The notes under the pieces are model-generated. The model saw only the letters and a program-made list of their open reading frames with translations. It ran no database searches and was not told where the DNA came from. This document shows, piece after piece, positions 25,371 to 33,640 of a stretch of 43,990 nucleotides of DNA; the stretch's first letter is position 1; every line of letters starts with the position of its first letter. The position numbers were made by a program, and so were the translations under genes. Origin of the DNA: Verrucomicrobiota bacterium (GTDB lineage: Bacteria; Verrucomicrobiota; Verrucomicrobiia; Opitutales; T3Sed10-336); assembly GCA_003565135.1 (NCBI GenBank), contig PXDC01000053.1, positions 1 through 43,990 on the forward strand, read 5' to 3'.

Positions 25371-26603
25371 ATGCAATCTTCAAAACGACGAGCCGTCATC
25401 ACCGGAATTGGAGTCATTGCCCCCAATGGTTCCGACCTCAATCTATTCTGGACCAGTTTGTGCGCCGGGCGAAGTGCCGCCGCCTTCATCAGCCGCATCG
25501 ACACCTCCGCCCTGCCGAGCAAAGTGGCCTGCCCCCTGCGGGGATTCAATCCCGCCGATTACCTCGCCCCGGCGACGGCCAATCACTACCCGCCCGCCAT
25601 CCAATACGCGATCGCCGCCGCCAGGAACGCCCTGGATGACGCCGCATTCGATTCCGCCTCCGTCGAACCGGACCGCCTCGCAATCGTGGCGGGAACCTCC
25701 CAGCAACTTCATCGCTCCGCCGAACTGCCGGCAAACGGCGATCGGCCCCGCGACACCCTTTCGATTCTCATCAACGGGCAGACCGGAAGCGGAGGCTCCG
25801 CCATCGCCCACGAGTTGGGATTAGCCGGGCACGCCCTCAGCTTATCCACCGGTGCTTCCACCGGCGTCGACACCCTGGCCCAGGCGCTCGCCCTGATCCG
25901 CGACGACGACGTCGATATCGCCCTGGCCGGAGCGGCGGAAACACCGATAACTCCCGGCTTCTGGGGTTTGTTCTGCGCGTCGAACGACATGAGTCGCGAG
26001 TGCGAGGAACCGGCGCGAGCGATGCGCCCTTTTGCGGCGAACCGGGACGGATTCATCCTCGGCGAGGGTGCGGCATTCCTGGTGGTCGAGGAGTTATCCT
26101 CCGCCCTTCGCCGGGGAGCTCCTATCTACGCCGAAATCGCCGGGTTCGGCCGAAGCTTCGACTGCAACGGATCAAACGGAACCGGCGGCACCGGGTTCCG
26201 CTCACTGGGAAAGGCCCTGCACCGCGCGGGGGTCGCCCCGCACGAAATCGATTATCTCAATGCCAACGGCACAGCGACCGCGGAAAACGATCGGGCGGAA
26301 TCCGTGGCGATCAAGCAAACATTCGGACAGCACGCGAAACGCCTCCAGGTGAGCGCGACCAAACCGGTCACCGGCCACTGGACCGGAGCGGCCGGACCCC
26401 TGGAAGCGGCGATCTGCGCACTGGCAATACGGCACCGCACCATTCCCCCCACCATCAACCTCACCGCTCCCGACAGCGAATGCGACCTCGACTACGTCCC
26501 GCTTGCGTGCCGCGGCTATCCGGTTAACGCCGCGGTCAGCCTGAACGCCGGCTTCGACGGCAGCAACACCTGCCTGGTATTCAAAAAATTCATCCATTTC
26601 TGA
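25371..26603 (+). CDS. FabF-like beta-ketoacyl-ACP synthase homolog, predicted catalytically inactive
   Basis: Colinear with FabF (RRAVITGIG, RPF..RDGFILGEGA, GAPIYAEI.GFG, TKPVTGH, IPPTINL, CDLDYVP). The catalytic Cys is Ala162 (STGAST) and the first His is Asn299 (NANGT). Confidence 0.88.
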   Translation: MQSSKRRAVITGIGVIAPNGSDLNLFWTSLCAGRSAAAFISRIDTSALPSKVACPLRGFNPADYLAPATANHYPPAIQYAIAAARNALDDAAFDSASVEPDRLAIVAGTSQQLHRSAELPANGDRPRDTLSILINGQTGSGGSAIAHELGLAGHALSLSTGASTGVDTLAQALALIRDDDVDIALAGAAETPITPGFWGLFCASNDMSRECEEPARAMRPFAANRDGFILGEGAAFLVVEELSSALRRGAPIYAEIAGFGRSFDCNGSNGTGGTGFRSLGKALHRAGVAPHEIDYLNANGTATAENDRAESVAIKQTFGQHAKRLQVSATKPVTGHWTGAAGPLEAAICALAIRHRTIPPTINLTAPDSECDLDYVPLACRGYPVNAAVSLNAGFDGSNTCLVFKKFIHF

Positions 26604-26620
26604 TCTCTCAAACTCCAAGG

Positions 26621-26647
26621 TTGCGCTTTGTGAATAAATTGTATAAT
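26621..26647 (+). promoter_or_regulatory. Possible sigma70 promoter upstream of the kinase-fadL-kinase genes
   Basis: TTGCGC (26621-26626), 15-nt spacer, perfect TATAAT (26642-26647) in an AT-rich gap; the spacer is shorter than optimal. Confidence 0.45.
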
Positions 26648-26677
26648 ACCAAACCCGGCTTCTTCTAAACGCCCGTA

Positions 26678-28693
26678 ATGTTCCATATTCTCGTCATAAC
26701 TGAGGACAACGGTTTTACCGATTCGCTTAAAGCGCTGCTCCCTGAAAACGAGTTTCGGCTCCACCCCCTCCCCTCCCCGAATAAAGCCCAATCGATTCTC
26801 AAGACCCCGCTTCCCGACGCCTGCCTCATCGACGCCGATCTGCCGAACCTGTCCGCGGTGAACGCCCTGGAGGAGGTGCGCCGCCATGCTTCCGCCATCG
26901 GCGTTTTTCTCTGCACCCGGGACACGAATCCCATCTGGGAAGAGGACGCCTATCTCAAGGGCGCCGATTTCATATTCCGCAAACCGCTCCGTTCCGCCCT
27001 GCTCCACCGGATTCTCACCCGGCACCTCCGCTCCCCCGCAAAAAAGCCGGCCTGGACCCATCGCCCCGAAACCGGACCGGCCCCGGCTCCCGGAACCTTT
27101 CGTCACGGCGGAACACTGCCCGGCTCGGCCCTGGAGATCATGCGGGATTTCTCCCGCATCCTCTCCTATTCGCTCGACCTCAAATCCTTCGTCCACCAGT
27201 TCATTCTCAAGCTTCGCGAAATCATCAGCGTGAACCGGGTCGCCATCCTGCTGCGAAAACCCGACCTGCCCCTCCCCGGCCTGTCCGCCGCCGAGAGGGA
27301 GGACGACGCGCTCGAATGCATCTGCTCGATCGGAATCGAAGCGGACCTTTTCCAATACTTCCAGATCAACCTCTCCAGTGGTATCGGCGGCATGGTCGCC
27401 CGCAGCGGACAAATCCTCAAGGCCGATTACGAAGCCAACCTGTTTTCGGACGAGAACTACGAGATCAACCGGGAATTCGAACTGCTCGGGTGCGAGGTGG
27501 CCATACCTATTGTCGATCGGGAGCGCTGCCTCGGGATCGCGCTGATCGGAGGCCGATTGACCGGAACGCGGTTTGCGGACGACGAACTGCAACTGCTCTT
27601 TCACCTCATGGAGGAGCTCGGGCTCGCCATCCGCAACAACTGGCTCCACGAGGAACTGGCCAGCCATCACGAACTGATTTCCGATGTCATCGCCCAGTTC
27701 AAAAGCGGTTGCCTGGTGATGTCGCCGGAATTATCCGTCCTCCACGCCAATCCCGCCCTGCTGGAATTCATGCAGAAGGCACCCGGCGATTCGGTGTCCT
27801 TCTCCGACCTGCCTCCCAGCATCGCCTGCCAGTTGTACGAGGTCGTCCAAAAAGGAGAAGACATTCCGCCCTTCATGTTCGACGGCTTTCCCGGCGACGA
27901 CCGGATATTCCGGATCTCCATATTTCCTCTGCAGACAGGACGGCTGGAGGCGGGATCGGCCACCATGCTGCTGATGGAGGACTTTACCCAGGTGGAAAAG
28001 GCCAAGAAGATCGAAGTCGAGGCCCAAAACGCCCGGACCGTCGCCCTCATCGCGGAACGTTTCGCCCACGAGATCCGCAATGCCCTCGTCCCCCTGAGCA
28101 CACACCACCAACTGCTGGAAACCGATTTTGACAAGGACGCCTTCCGGAACTCTCTGGACAAGACCATGGACCGCCAGATTCGCCGCATCTCGCGCTTCGC
28201 GGACCAGATGATGCTCCTTTCCCAGAGCCGAAACGGCACCGATCACGGCGGTTCCCTGCAGGAACTTCTCGAACAGGCATTCTCCGAAGCCCTCAATTTC
28301 TGCGGCCGGGACGGAACCCTCCAGTACGACCCGGAATTCGACGACTGCAAAATCCGCGGCGATCTATCGACCCTGAAACACGCCTGCATGGAGATCCTCC
28401 TCAACGCCCTGCAATCGGGCTCCGAGCAGGCGAACATCGTGGTCACGAACCGATTCGAAAACGACGACAAGGGACGGAATGTCGTCGCCATCGATTTTTT
28501 CGACCACGGGGGCGGTTTTTCCGAAGAAGCCGCGGAGGAGGCATTAAAGCCTTTTTTCACCACCCGCAACGTCGGTGTCGGCCTCGGGCTCACCGTGGCG
28601 GAAAAAATTCTGCGAGCCCACGGAGGTTCGCTTGAAATCACTCGAAACAAGACAAAGAAAAAACACGTCCGCGCGATCCTTCCCCTGGCATGA
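26678..28693 (+). CDS. Soluble hybrid histidine kinase, REC-GAF-PAS-HisKA-HATPase
   Basis: Atypical receiver (ILVITED, LIDADLP, CT, RKPL), GAF (VAIPIVDRERCLGIALIG...FADDELQLL), PAS-like (SGCLVMSPELSVLHANPA), H-box FAHEIRN, LLNALQ, DHGGGF, PFFTT and GVGLGL. Confidence 0.9.
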   Translation: MFHILVITEDNGFTDSLKALLPENEFRLHPLPSPNKAQSILKTPLPDACLIDADLPNLSAVNALEEVRRHASAIGVFLCTRDTNPIWEEDAYLKGADFIFRKPLRSALLHRILTRHLRSPAKKPAWTHRPETGPAPAPGTFRHGGTLPGSALEIMRDFSRILSYSLDLKSFVHQFILKLREIISVNRVAILLRKPDLPLPGLSAAEREDDALECICSIGIEADLFQYFQINLSSGIGGMVARSGQILKADYEANLFSDENYEINREFELLGCEVAIPIVDRERCLGIALIGGRLTGTRFADDELQLLFHLMEELGLAIRNNWLHEELASHHELISDVIAQFKSGCLVMSPELSVLHANPALLEFMQKAPGDSVSFSDLPPSIACQLYEVVQKGEDIPPFMFDGFPGDDRIFRISIFPLQTGRLEAGSATMLLMEDFTQVEKAKKIEVEAQNARTVALIAERFAHEIRNALVPLSTHHQLLETDFDKDAFRNSLDKTMDRQIRRISRFADQMMLLSQSRNGTDHGGSLQELLEQAFSEALNFCGRDGTLQYDPEFDDCKIRGDLSTLKHACMEILLNALQSGSEQANIVVTNRFENDDKGRNVVAIDFFDHGGGFSEEAAEEALKPFFTTRNVGVGLGLTVAEKILRAHGGSLEITRNKTKKKHVRAILPLA

Positions 28694-29919
28694 ATAAAAA
28701 TTTCCTTCGTTTGGTCACCGTCGCAACCCTAACCGTCATTCCCGTCGTGACCGCATCCGGCCTGGGCTTCCGCCTGGTGGACATGGACACACATGCGTCG
28801 GGGCGGGGAAACGCCTACGCAGCCACCGCCGACAGCCCCGCCGCCATCTATTATAACCCGGCCGGAATCACCCAGGTACACGTCCCTTCGATTCAGGCCG
28901 GCGTCTACGCCATCCATTTCGACGTCGATTACCGCAGCCGCCAGACCGGCGAACGAACGACCAACGACACCAGCATCCAGCCGGTCCCCAACGCCTATTT
29001 CACCCTTCCCATCGAAACCACCCCTCTCACCTTCGGCATCGGCGCTTACGCACCCTTCGGGCTGGTCAACGACTGGCCCGACGACACCGATTTCCGGACC
29101 GTGGCCACCCGGTCCACCCTGGAATTCCGGCAGATAACGCCGGTTATCGCCTGGGAAATCAACCCGCAGCTATCCATCGGTGGCGGCCTCACCATCAACG
29201 ATGCCCAGCTCGACCTGCGTCAGGCCCTCTTTCCCCCGGGCCATCCCCTGGCCAACGGCGACGAATTCCACTTCGACGGGCGCGACCAGTTTTTCGGGTA
29301 CACCCTCGGAGTGCGCTGGGCACCCGCCCCGCGTCACGCTTTCGGCCTCGCCTACCGAAGTTCATTGCGGTCCAACCTGAAAGGCACCGGCACCACCCGT
29401 CTGCCCGCTGCGGGAATCGATTCCCGGGAGGACGCCGAGCTCAATCTCCCCTTTCCCCGGACCGCCGTCATCGGGTATTCTTTTCGTCCCAGTGAGGCCT
29501 GGAATTTCGAGGCGAACCTCGACTGGACCGACTGGTCCGTCCTCGATTCGGTCACGATGCGGCTGGAGAACAGCGGAAACCAGGACCTCGAGTTCAACTG
29601 GGAGGAAAGTATCGTTTACAAGGCCGGGGTCACACGGTATTTTGAAAACAATTACCACCTTAGCGTCGGCTACATGTTCAGCGAGAATTCGGTCCCCAGC
29701 AGTTATTTCAATCCCGCCGTGCCGGACTCCGACCGGCACCTGGGGGCTCTGGGCGTCGGCTGGCGGGACGAACACCTCAGTTGGAGCCTGGGCTACCAGT
29801 TCGGCTACTCACCGACCCGTCGCGTCCGCGGCAGCGACGGGGGAGATGAGGGACCGGCCGACGGGAATTATCGAACGATCGTCAACGCGGTCTCGGCCTC
29901 CGTGGGAATAGCATTTTAG
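28690..29919 (+). CDS. FadL/OmpP1/TodX family outer-membrane channel for long-chain fatty acids or other hydrophobic compounds
   Basis: Signal peptide, then GLGFRL...SGRGNAYAATADSPAAIYYNPAG (NPA hatch motif), APFGL, WTDWS, PAVPDSDR and a terminal Phe. The start overlaps the kinase stop (ATGA). Confidence 0.92.
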   Translation: MNKNFLRLVTVATLTVIPVVTASGLGFRLVDMDTHASGRGNAYAATADSPAAIYYNPAGITQVHVPSIQAGVYAIHFDVDYRSRQTGERTTNDTSIQPVPNAYFTLPIETTPLTFGIGAYAPFGLVNDWPDDTDFRTVATRSTLEFRQITPVIAWEINPQLSIGGGLTINDAQLDLRQALFPPGHPLANGDEFHFDGRDQFFGYTLGVRWAPAPRHAFGLAYRSSLRSNLKGTGTTRLPAAGIDSREDAELNLPFPRTAVIGYSFRPSEAWNFEANLDWTDWSVLDSVTMRLENSGNQDLEFNWEESIVYKAGVTRYFENNYHLSVGYMFSENSVPSSYFNPAVPDSDRHLGALGVGWRDEHLSWSLGYQFGYSPTRRVRGSDGGDEGPADGNYRTIVNAVSASVGIAF

Positions 29920-29925
29920 TCCATT

Positions 29926-31149
29926 ATGACGGAATACACCAAGGAAACGCTCCTGATAGTCGACGACGAAGAGGGTCCCAGGGAATCGCTGAAGATCGTC
30001 TTCGAGGAGCGTTACCATGTACTCCTCGCCCGTTCCGGTGAAGAGGCGGTGACCGTTGCCCGCCAGACTCCGCCCCACACGGTCATCCTCGACATCCGTA
30101 TGGCGGGAATGTCGGGGATCGAAGTGCTCAAGTCCCTCAAAGAGATCGACCCCCACACCGAGGTCATCATGCTGACCGCCTACGAAACCCTGGAGACGGC
30201 GCGGCAAGCGCTTCGTTACGGCGCCCGGGATTACATTGGAAAACCGTTCAATGTAAAAGCCATGCGCACGGCGGTGGAAAGCGCGATGGAACACCGGCGA
30301 CTCTCCCTGAACATCGCCAGTTCGGTCGGGCAGCTCGATTCGCTTCAATCGGACCTGGAGAAGCTGATGATGCAGGAAGAGATGGCCCGCACGTCCTCAC
30401 AGATCTACGCCGGGGTCCTTCACGACATCAACAATCCGCTCACCATAATCAGGGGCTACGTGGACCTCCTGATGCACCGGCTGGCCGAAATGTCGCGGTT
30501 GACCGGAAACGACCTGGAGGAAGTCCGGGAAAACATGAATACGGTGGCCCAACAGGTTCGCGTCTGTTGCTCGATTTCGAACCGACACCTGGAGCTCATC
30601 CGCCGGGAATCCCCGGAGGGCCAACTGGTTTCGGTCAACCTGATCCTGCAGGACCTCCAGGACCTGATCAAGGTCCACCCGGCGGTCCGCGAATCCATGG
30701 TCGAAATCACCCCCCTGGAAGAGGACACATCGGTTTTTATTCACAGTTCCGAGCTCATGCAGATTCTGCTGAACCTCGTGACCAACTCCCTGCAAAATTC
30801 ACCCGCTTCCCGCAAGGTTACCGTACAGGCCGCCTTGCTGCCTTCGTTGCCGTCGGCCGCAAAATTCACCAACGGCCCGGAGGAAAGGATCATCAACGGC
30901 GAAATCCTGGACCCGAAGCGCTCCTATGTGGCGGTCACGATTCGCGACCAGGGAAAGGGGATACCCGCCGATATCATCGAAGAAGTGTTTGAACCGTATT
31001 TCACTACGAGGAAGGAGGACAACGGAACGGGGCTGGGACTGGCGATCGTCTCCCGGCTTGTGACGCGTAATCGCGGGGCCATCCACCTCCGGACAAAAGT
31101 AGGTGAAGGTTCCTCATTCACGGTATATCTTCCCCGGGAAAGCGAGTGA
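29926..31149 (+). CDS. Soluble hybrid histidine kinase, REC-HisKA-HATPase
   Basis: Canonical receiver (IVDDEE, ILDIRM, LTAY, KPF), H-box VLHDINNPL, NLVTNS, DQGKGI, EPYFTT and GTGLGL. Confidence 0.92.
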   Translation: MTEYTKETLLIVDDEEGPRESLKIVFEERYHVLLARSGEEAVTVARQTPPHTVILDIRMAGMSGIEVLKSLKEIDPHTEVIMLTAYETLETARQALRYGARDYIGKPFNVKAMRTAVESAMEHRRLSLNIASSVGQLDSLQSDLEKLMMQEEMARTSSQIYAGVLHDINNPLTIIRGYVDLLMHRLAEMSRLTGNDLEEVRENMNTVAQQVRVCCSISNRHLELIRRESPEGQLVSVNLILQDLQDLIKVHPAVRESMVEITPLEEDTSVFIHSSELMQILLNLVTNSLQNSPASRKVTVQAALLPSLPSAAKFTNGPEERIINGEILDPKRSYVAVTIRDQGKGIPADIIEEVFEPYFTTRKEDNGTGLGLAIVSRLVTRNRGAIHLRTKVGEGSSFTVYLPRESE

Positions 31150-31264
31150 GGCGCCCGCCGCCGCCCCGGCCCGGCCGGGTGATTTTCAGCAATTACTTGA
31201 AAATGAGGCGTTTTTAGCGCAAGCTGCACCATCACCGAACCCGTATGTAATAAAGGAGACTGTC

Positions 31265-31585
31265 ATGTTGGATATGTTTAAGAAAGCCGTATACGCCGGG
31301 ATCGGCGCCACTGTCACCACCAAGGAACACGTGCAGAAGATGCTCCACGAAATGGTGGAGCAGGGAAAAATCACCCGCCAGGAGGCCGAAAAAATGGCCG
31401 AAAAAATTGTCGAGGAAAGCCGCAAGGAGTTTGAGTCGACAACCAACGAAATCAACCGAACCCTGCGGGAATGGTGGCAGAAGGAGAAGCCGGTCAGTGA
31501 GGAGGAACTGCACAAACTCGAGAGCCGGGTAAAATCCCTCGAAGTCAAACTCGCCAACCTGACCCGCAAGGTAAAGGGGGAATAG
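31265..31585 (+). CDS. Phasin / PHA granule-associated (PhaF/PhaI-like) coiled-coil protein
   Basis: MLDMFKKAVYAGIGA...EMVEQGKITRQEA...EELHKLESRVKSLE; RBS AAGGAG at 31253-31258. Confidence 0.75.
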   Translation: MLDMFKKAVYAGIGATVTTKEHVQKMLHEMVEQGKITRQEAEKMAEKIVEESRKEFESTTNEINRTLREWWQKEKPVSEEELHKLESRVKSLEVKLANLTRKVKGE

Positions 31586-31656
31586 CCCCCGGGGGTTCGG
31601 GGCGAGGGGTGTCCGACTCCCGGTGCCGCCGCGCCACGATTCCGGTCGCTTTTTTT

Positions 31657-32604
31657 TCACACCCGCCGCCTCAAAGCGGCGACCATTCCTCGGAAATCCG
31701 CAGGGGGCGGAGCCGAGAGCTGCATGGCCTCACCGGTCAAGGGATGGCGGAACCCTATCCGCTCCGCGTGAAGCATGATCCGCGGCGGCATCGGCCCCTC
31801 GCGGGCCGCGTCCCGGTACCCGTAAACGGCATCGCCCAGGAGCGGATGCCCGCGTGAACTCAGGTGCACGCGAATCTGGTGGGTTCGGCCCGTCAGGATC
31901 CGGCAGCGCAGCAGGCTCGCTGTTTTGCCGTAGACCTCCACCCGCTCCCACCGGGTGCAGGCCGGACGTCCCCGCCCTTCCGGGCATACCGCCATTTTGT
32001 GACGGTGAACCGGATGCCGCCCGATGGAATCGACGATCGAGCCGGAGAGCAACTCCGGGACGCCGAACACCAGCGCGAGGTAATCCTTGGTCACCTCCCG
32101 GTCCCGGAACTGTCGCGCGAGTTCGCGGTGGGCGGGATCGGTCTTGGCGACGACGATCAGGCCGGAAGTTTCCCGATCCAGCCGGTGGACAATGCCGGGA
32201 CGTTCGACCCCGCCGATCCCGCTGAGCCCGCCACGGCAATGAGCCAGCAACGCGTGCACCAGGGTGTCCTCGCCGGTCCCGGCGCCGGGATGCACCACCT
32301 GTCCGCTCGCTTTGTTGATCGCGAGAATGGCCGCATCCTCGAACAGGACCTCCAGCGGGATCGGTACGGGCTTTATGGCCGAAGGTTTCACCGCCGGCAG
32401 GGAAAACCTCAGAACATCGCCCCCGGACACGGATTCCCGCTTTCCGACCGCGATCCCCGCCCTCAATACCCGTCCCGCGTCAAAAGCCCGTTGCAGCGCC
32501 GTCCGGCTGAACCCGGGAAATCCCGCCGCCAGAACCTTGTCCGCCCGCTCGCGGTGAATCCCCTCGGGAACCGTAAAACTGTACTCGGTCGGTGTGTCAG
32601 GCAT
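31657..32604 (-). CDS. rluD: RluA/RluD family 23S rRNA pseudouridine synthase
   Basis: N-terminal S4-like domain, NKASGQVVHP, RPGIVHRLDRETSG, TGRTHQIRVH and GDAVYG. Confidence 0.88.
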   Translation of the reverse strand: MPDTPTEYSFTVPEGIHRERADKVLAAGFPGFSRTALQRAFDAGRVLRAGIAVGKRESVSGGDVLRFSLPAVKPSAIKPVPIPLEVLFEDAAILAINKASGQVVHPGAGTGEDTLVHALLAHCRGGLSGIGGVERPGIVHRLDRETSGLIVVAKTDPAHRELARQFRDREVTKDYLALVFGVPELLSGSIVDSIGRHPVHRHKMAVCPEGRGRPACTRWERVEVYGKTASLLRCRILTGRTHQIRVHLSSRGHPLLGDAVYGYRDAAREGPMPPRIMLHAERIGFRHPLTGEAMQLSAPPPADFRGMVAALRRRV

Positions 32605-32697
32605 AGTTTAACCCCCCGCGGCCCGAGGATCCCAACCCGGGGAACCCGTCGCCGGCCGGACGGGAAACCGGGGGACCGGCGAAGTTATCCGGCCTCC

Positions 32698-33627
32698 TCA
32701 CCCTTTGACGGAACCGACCGTCAGTCCGGAGAGGAAGAATCGCTGTCCGACCAGGAAAAGGACAATCACCGGGACCAGCATCAGCAGCGACGCGGCCATC
32801 ATCAGGTGCCACTCGGTTGAATACTGTCCCTGGAATGCCTGCAGCCCCACCGGCAAGGTGCGGAGATATTCCTGGTTGGTCGCCACCAGCGGCCAGAGGA
32901 AGGCGCCCCAAACCGTCATAAACGTCAACAGCGTCAGTGCCGTCAGCCCCGGAATGGAAAGCGGGAGGATGACCTTGGTAAAAATTTTCCAGTGCCCGCA
33001 GCCGTCGATCTTGGCGGCTTCATCCAGTTCCTTGGGGAGGCTGATGAAGAATTGCCGCAGGAGAAACGTACCGTAGGCCGAGAACATTCCGGGAGCGATC
33101 AGGGCAAAATAGGAATCGAGGCCGGCCAGACGGCCGATGCCGGTCGCGTCGGCACTGGTTCCGAGGTAGCGCAGGCTCATCCAGTCCACCACCGGAACAG
33201 CGATCTCCAGCCCCTCCGGAATCAGCTTCATGAGAATGAAGTTCGGAATCATGATGACCAGCCCGGGAATCATCATGGTCGCCAGGTAAGCGAGAAAAAG
33301 CTTATCCCGCCCCGGCCAGCGGATCCGGCTGAAAGCATAGGCGGCCATGGCGCTGGTCAAGACCTGGCCGGTGGTGGCGACAACCGCGACAAAGAGGCTG
33401 TTGATGTAGTAACGCAGGAAGGGAACGATCTCCCAGACGATGATAAAATTCTCCCAGCGCCAGTTCTGGGGGATCACCATCTCCCAGAAATTGTCGGTCG
33501 CCCGCATGGCGGCTTCCGGCGGAGCAAGAGCGGTGGTGATCATAAACGCCAGGGGAAGCAGACAGGTGATGCCCCCGAGGATAAGGGGAATGTGCCAGAG
33601 CGATTGCCAACGGGTGTCCTTACTCAT
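32698..33627 (-). CDS. Carbohydrate ABC transporter permease (MalG/UgpE-like)
   Basis: NSLFVA, AAYAFSRI, FLLRQFF, EAA loop (ELDEAAKIDG) and FLWPL. Confidence 0.93.
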   Translation of the reverse strand: MSKDTRWQSLWHIPLILGGITCLLPLAFMITTALAPPEAAMRATDNFWEMVIPQNWRWENFIIVWEIVPFLRYYINSLFVAVVATTGQVLTSAMAAYAFSRIRWPGRDKLFLAYLATMMIPGLVIMIPNFILMKLIPEGLEIAVPVVDWMSLRYLGTSADATGIGRLAGLDSYFALIAPGMFSAYGTFLLRQFFISLPKELDEAAKIDGCGHWKIFTKVILPLSIPGLTALTLLTFMTVWGAFLWPLVATNQEYLRTLPVGLQAFQGQYSTEWHLMMAASLLMLVPVIVLFLVGQRFFLSGLTVGSVKG

Positions 33628-33640
33628 GCGCTGCTCTCCA

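Noticed and set aside
25371-26603. Type II PKS, aryl-polyene or fatty-acid biosynthetic cluster
   Set aside because: No ACP, active KS, reductase, dehydratase or acyltransferase gene in the window, and the only KS lacks its catalytic Cys.
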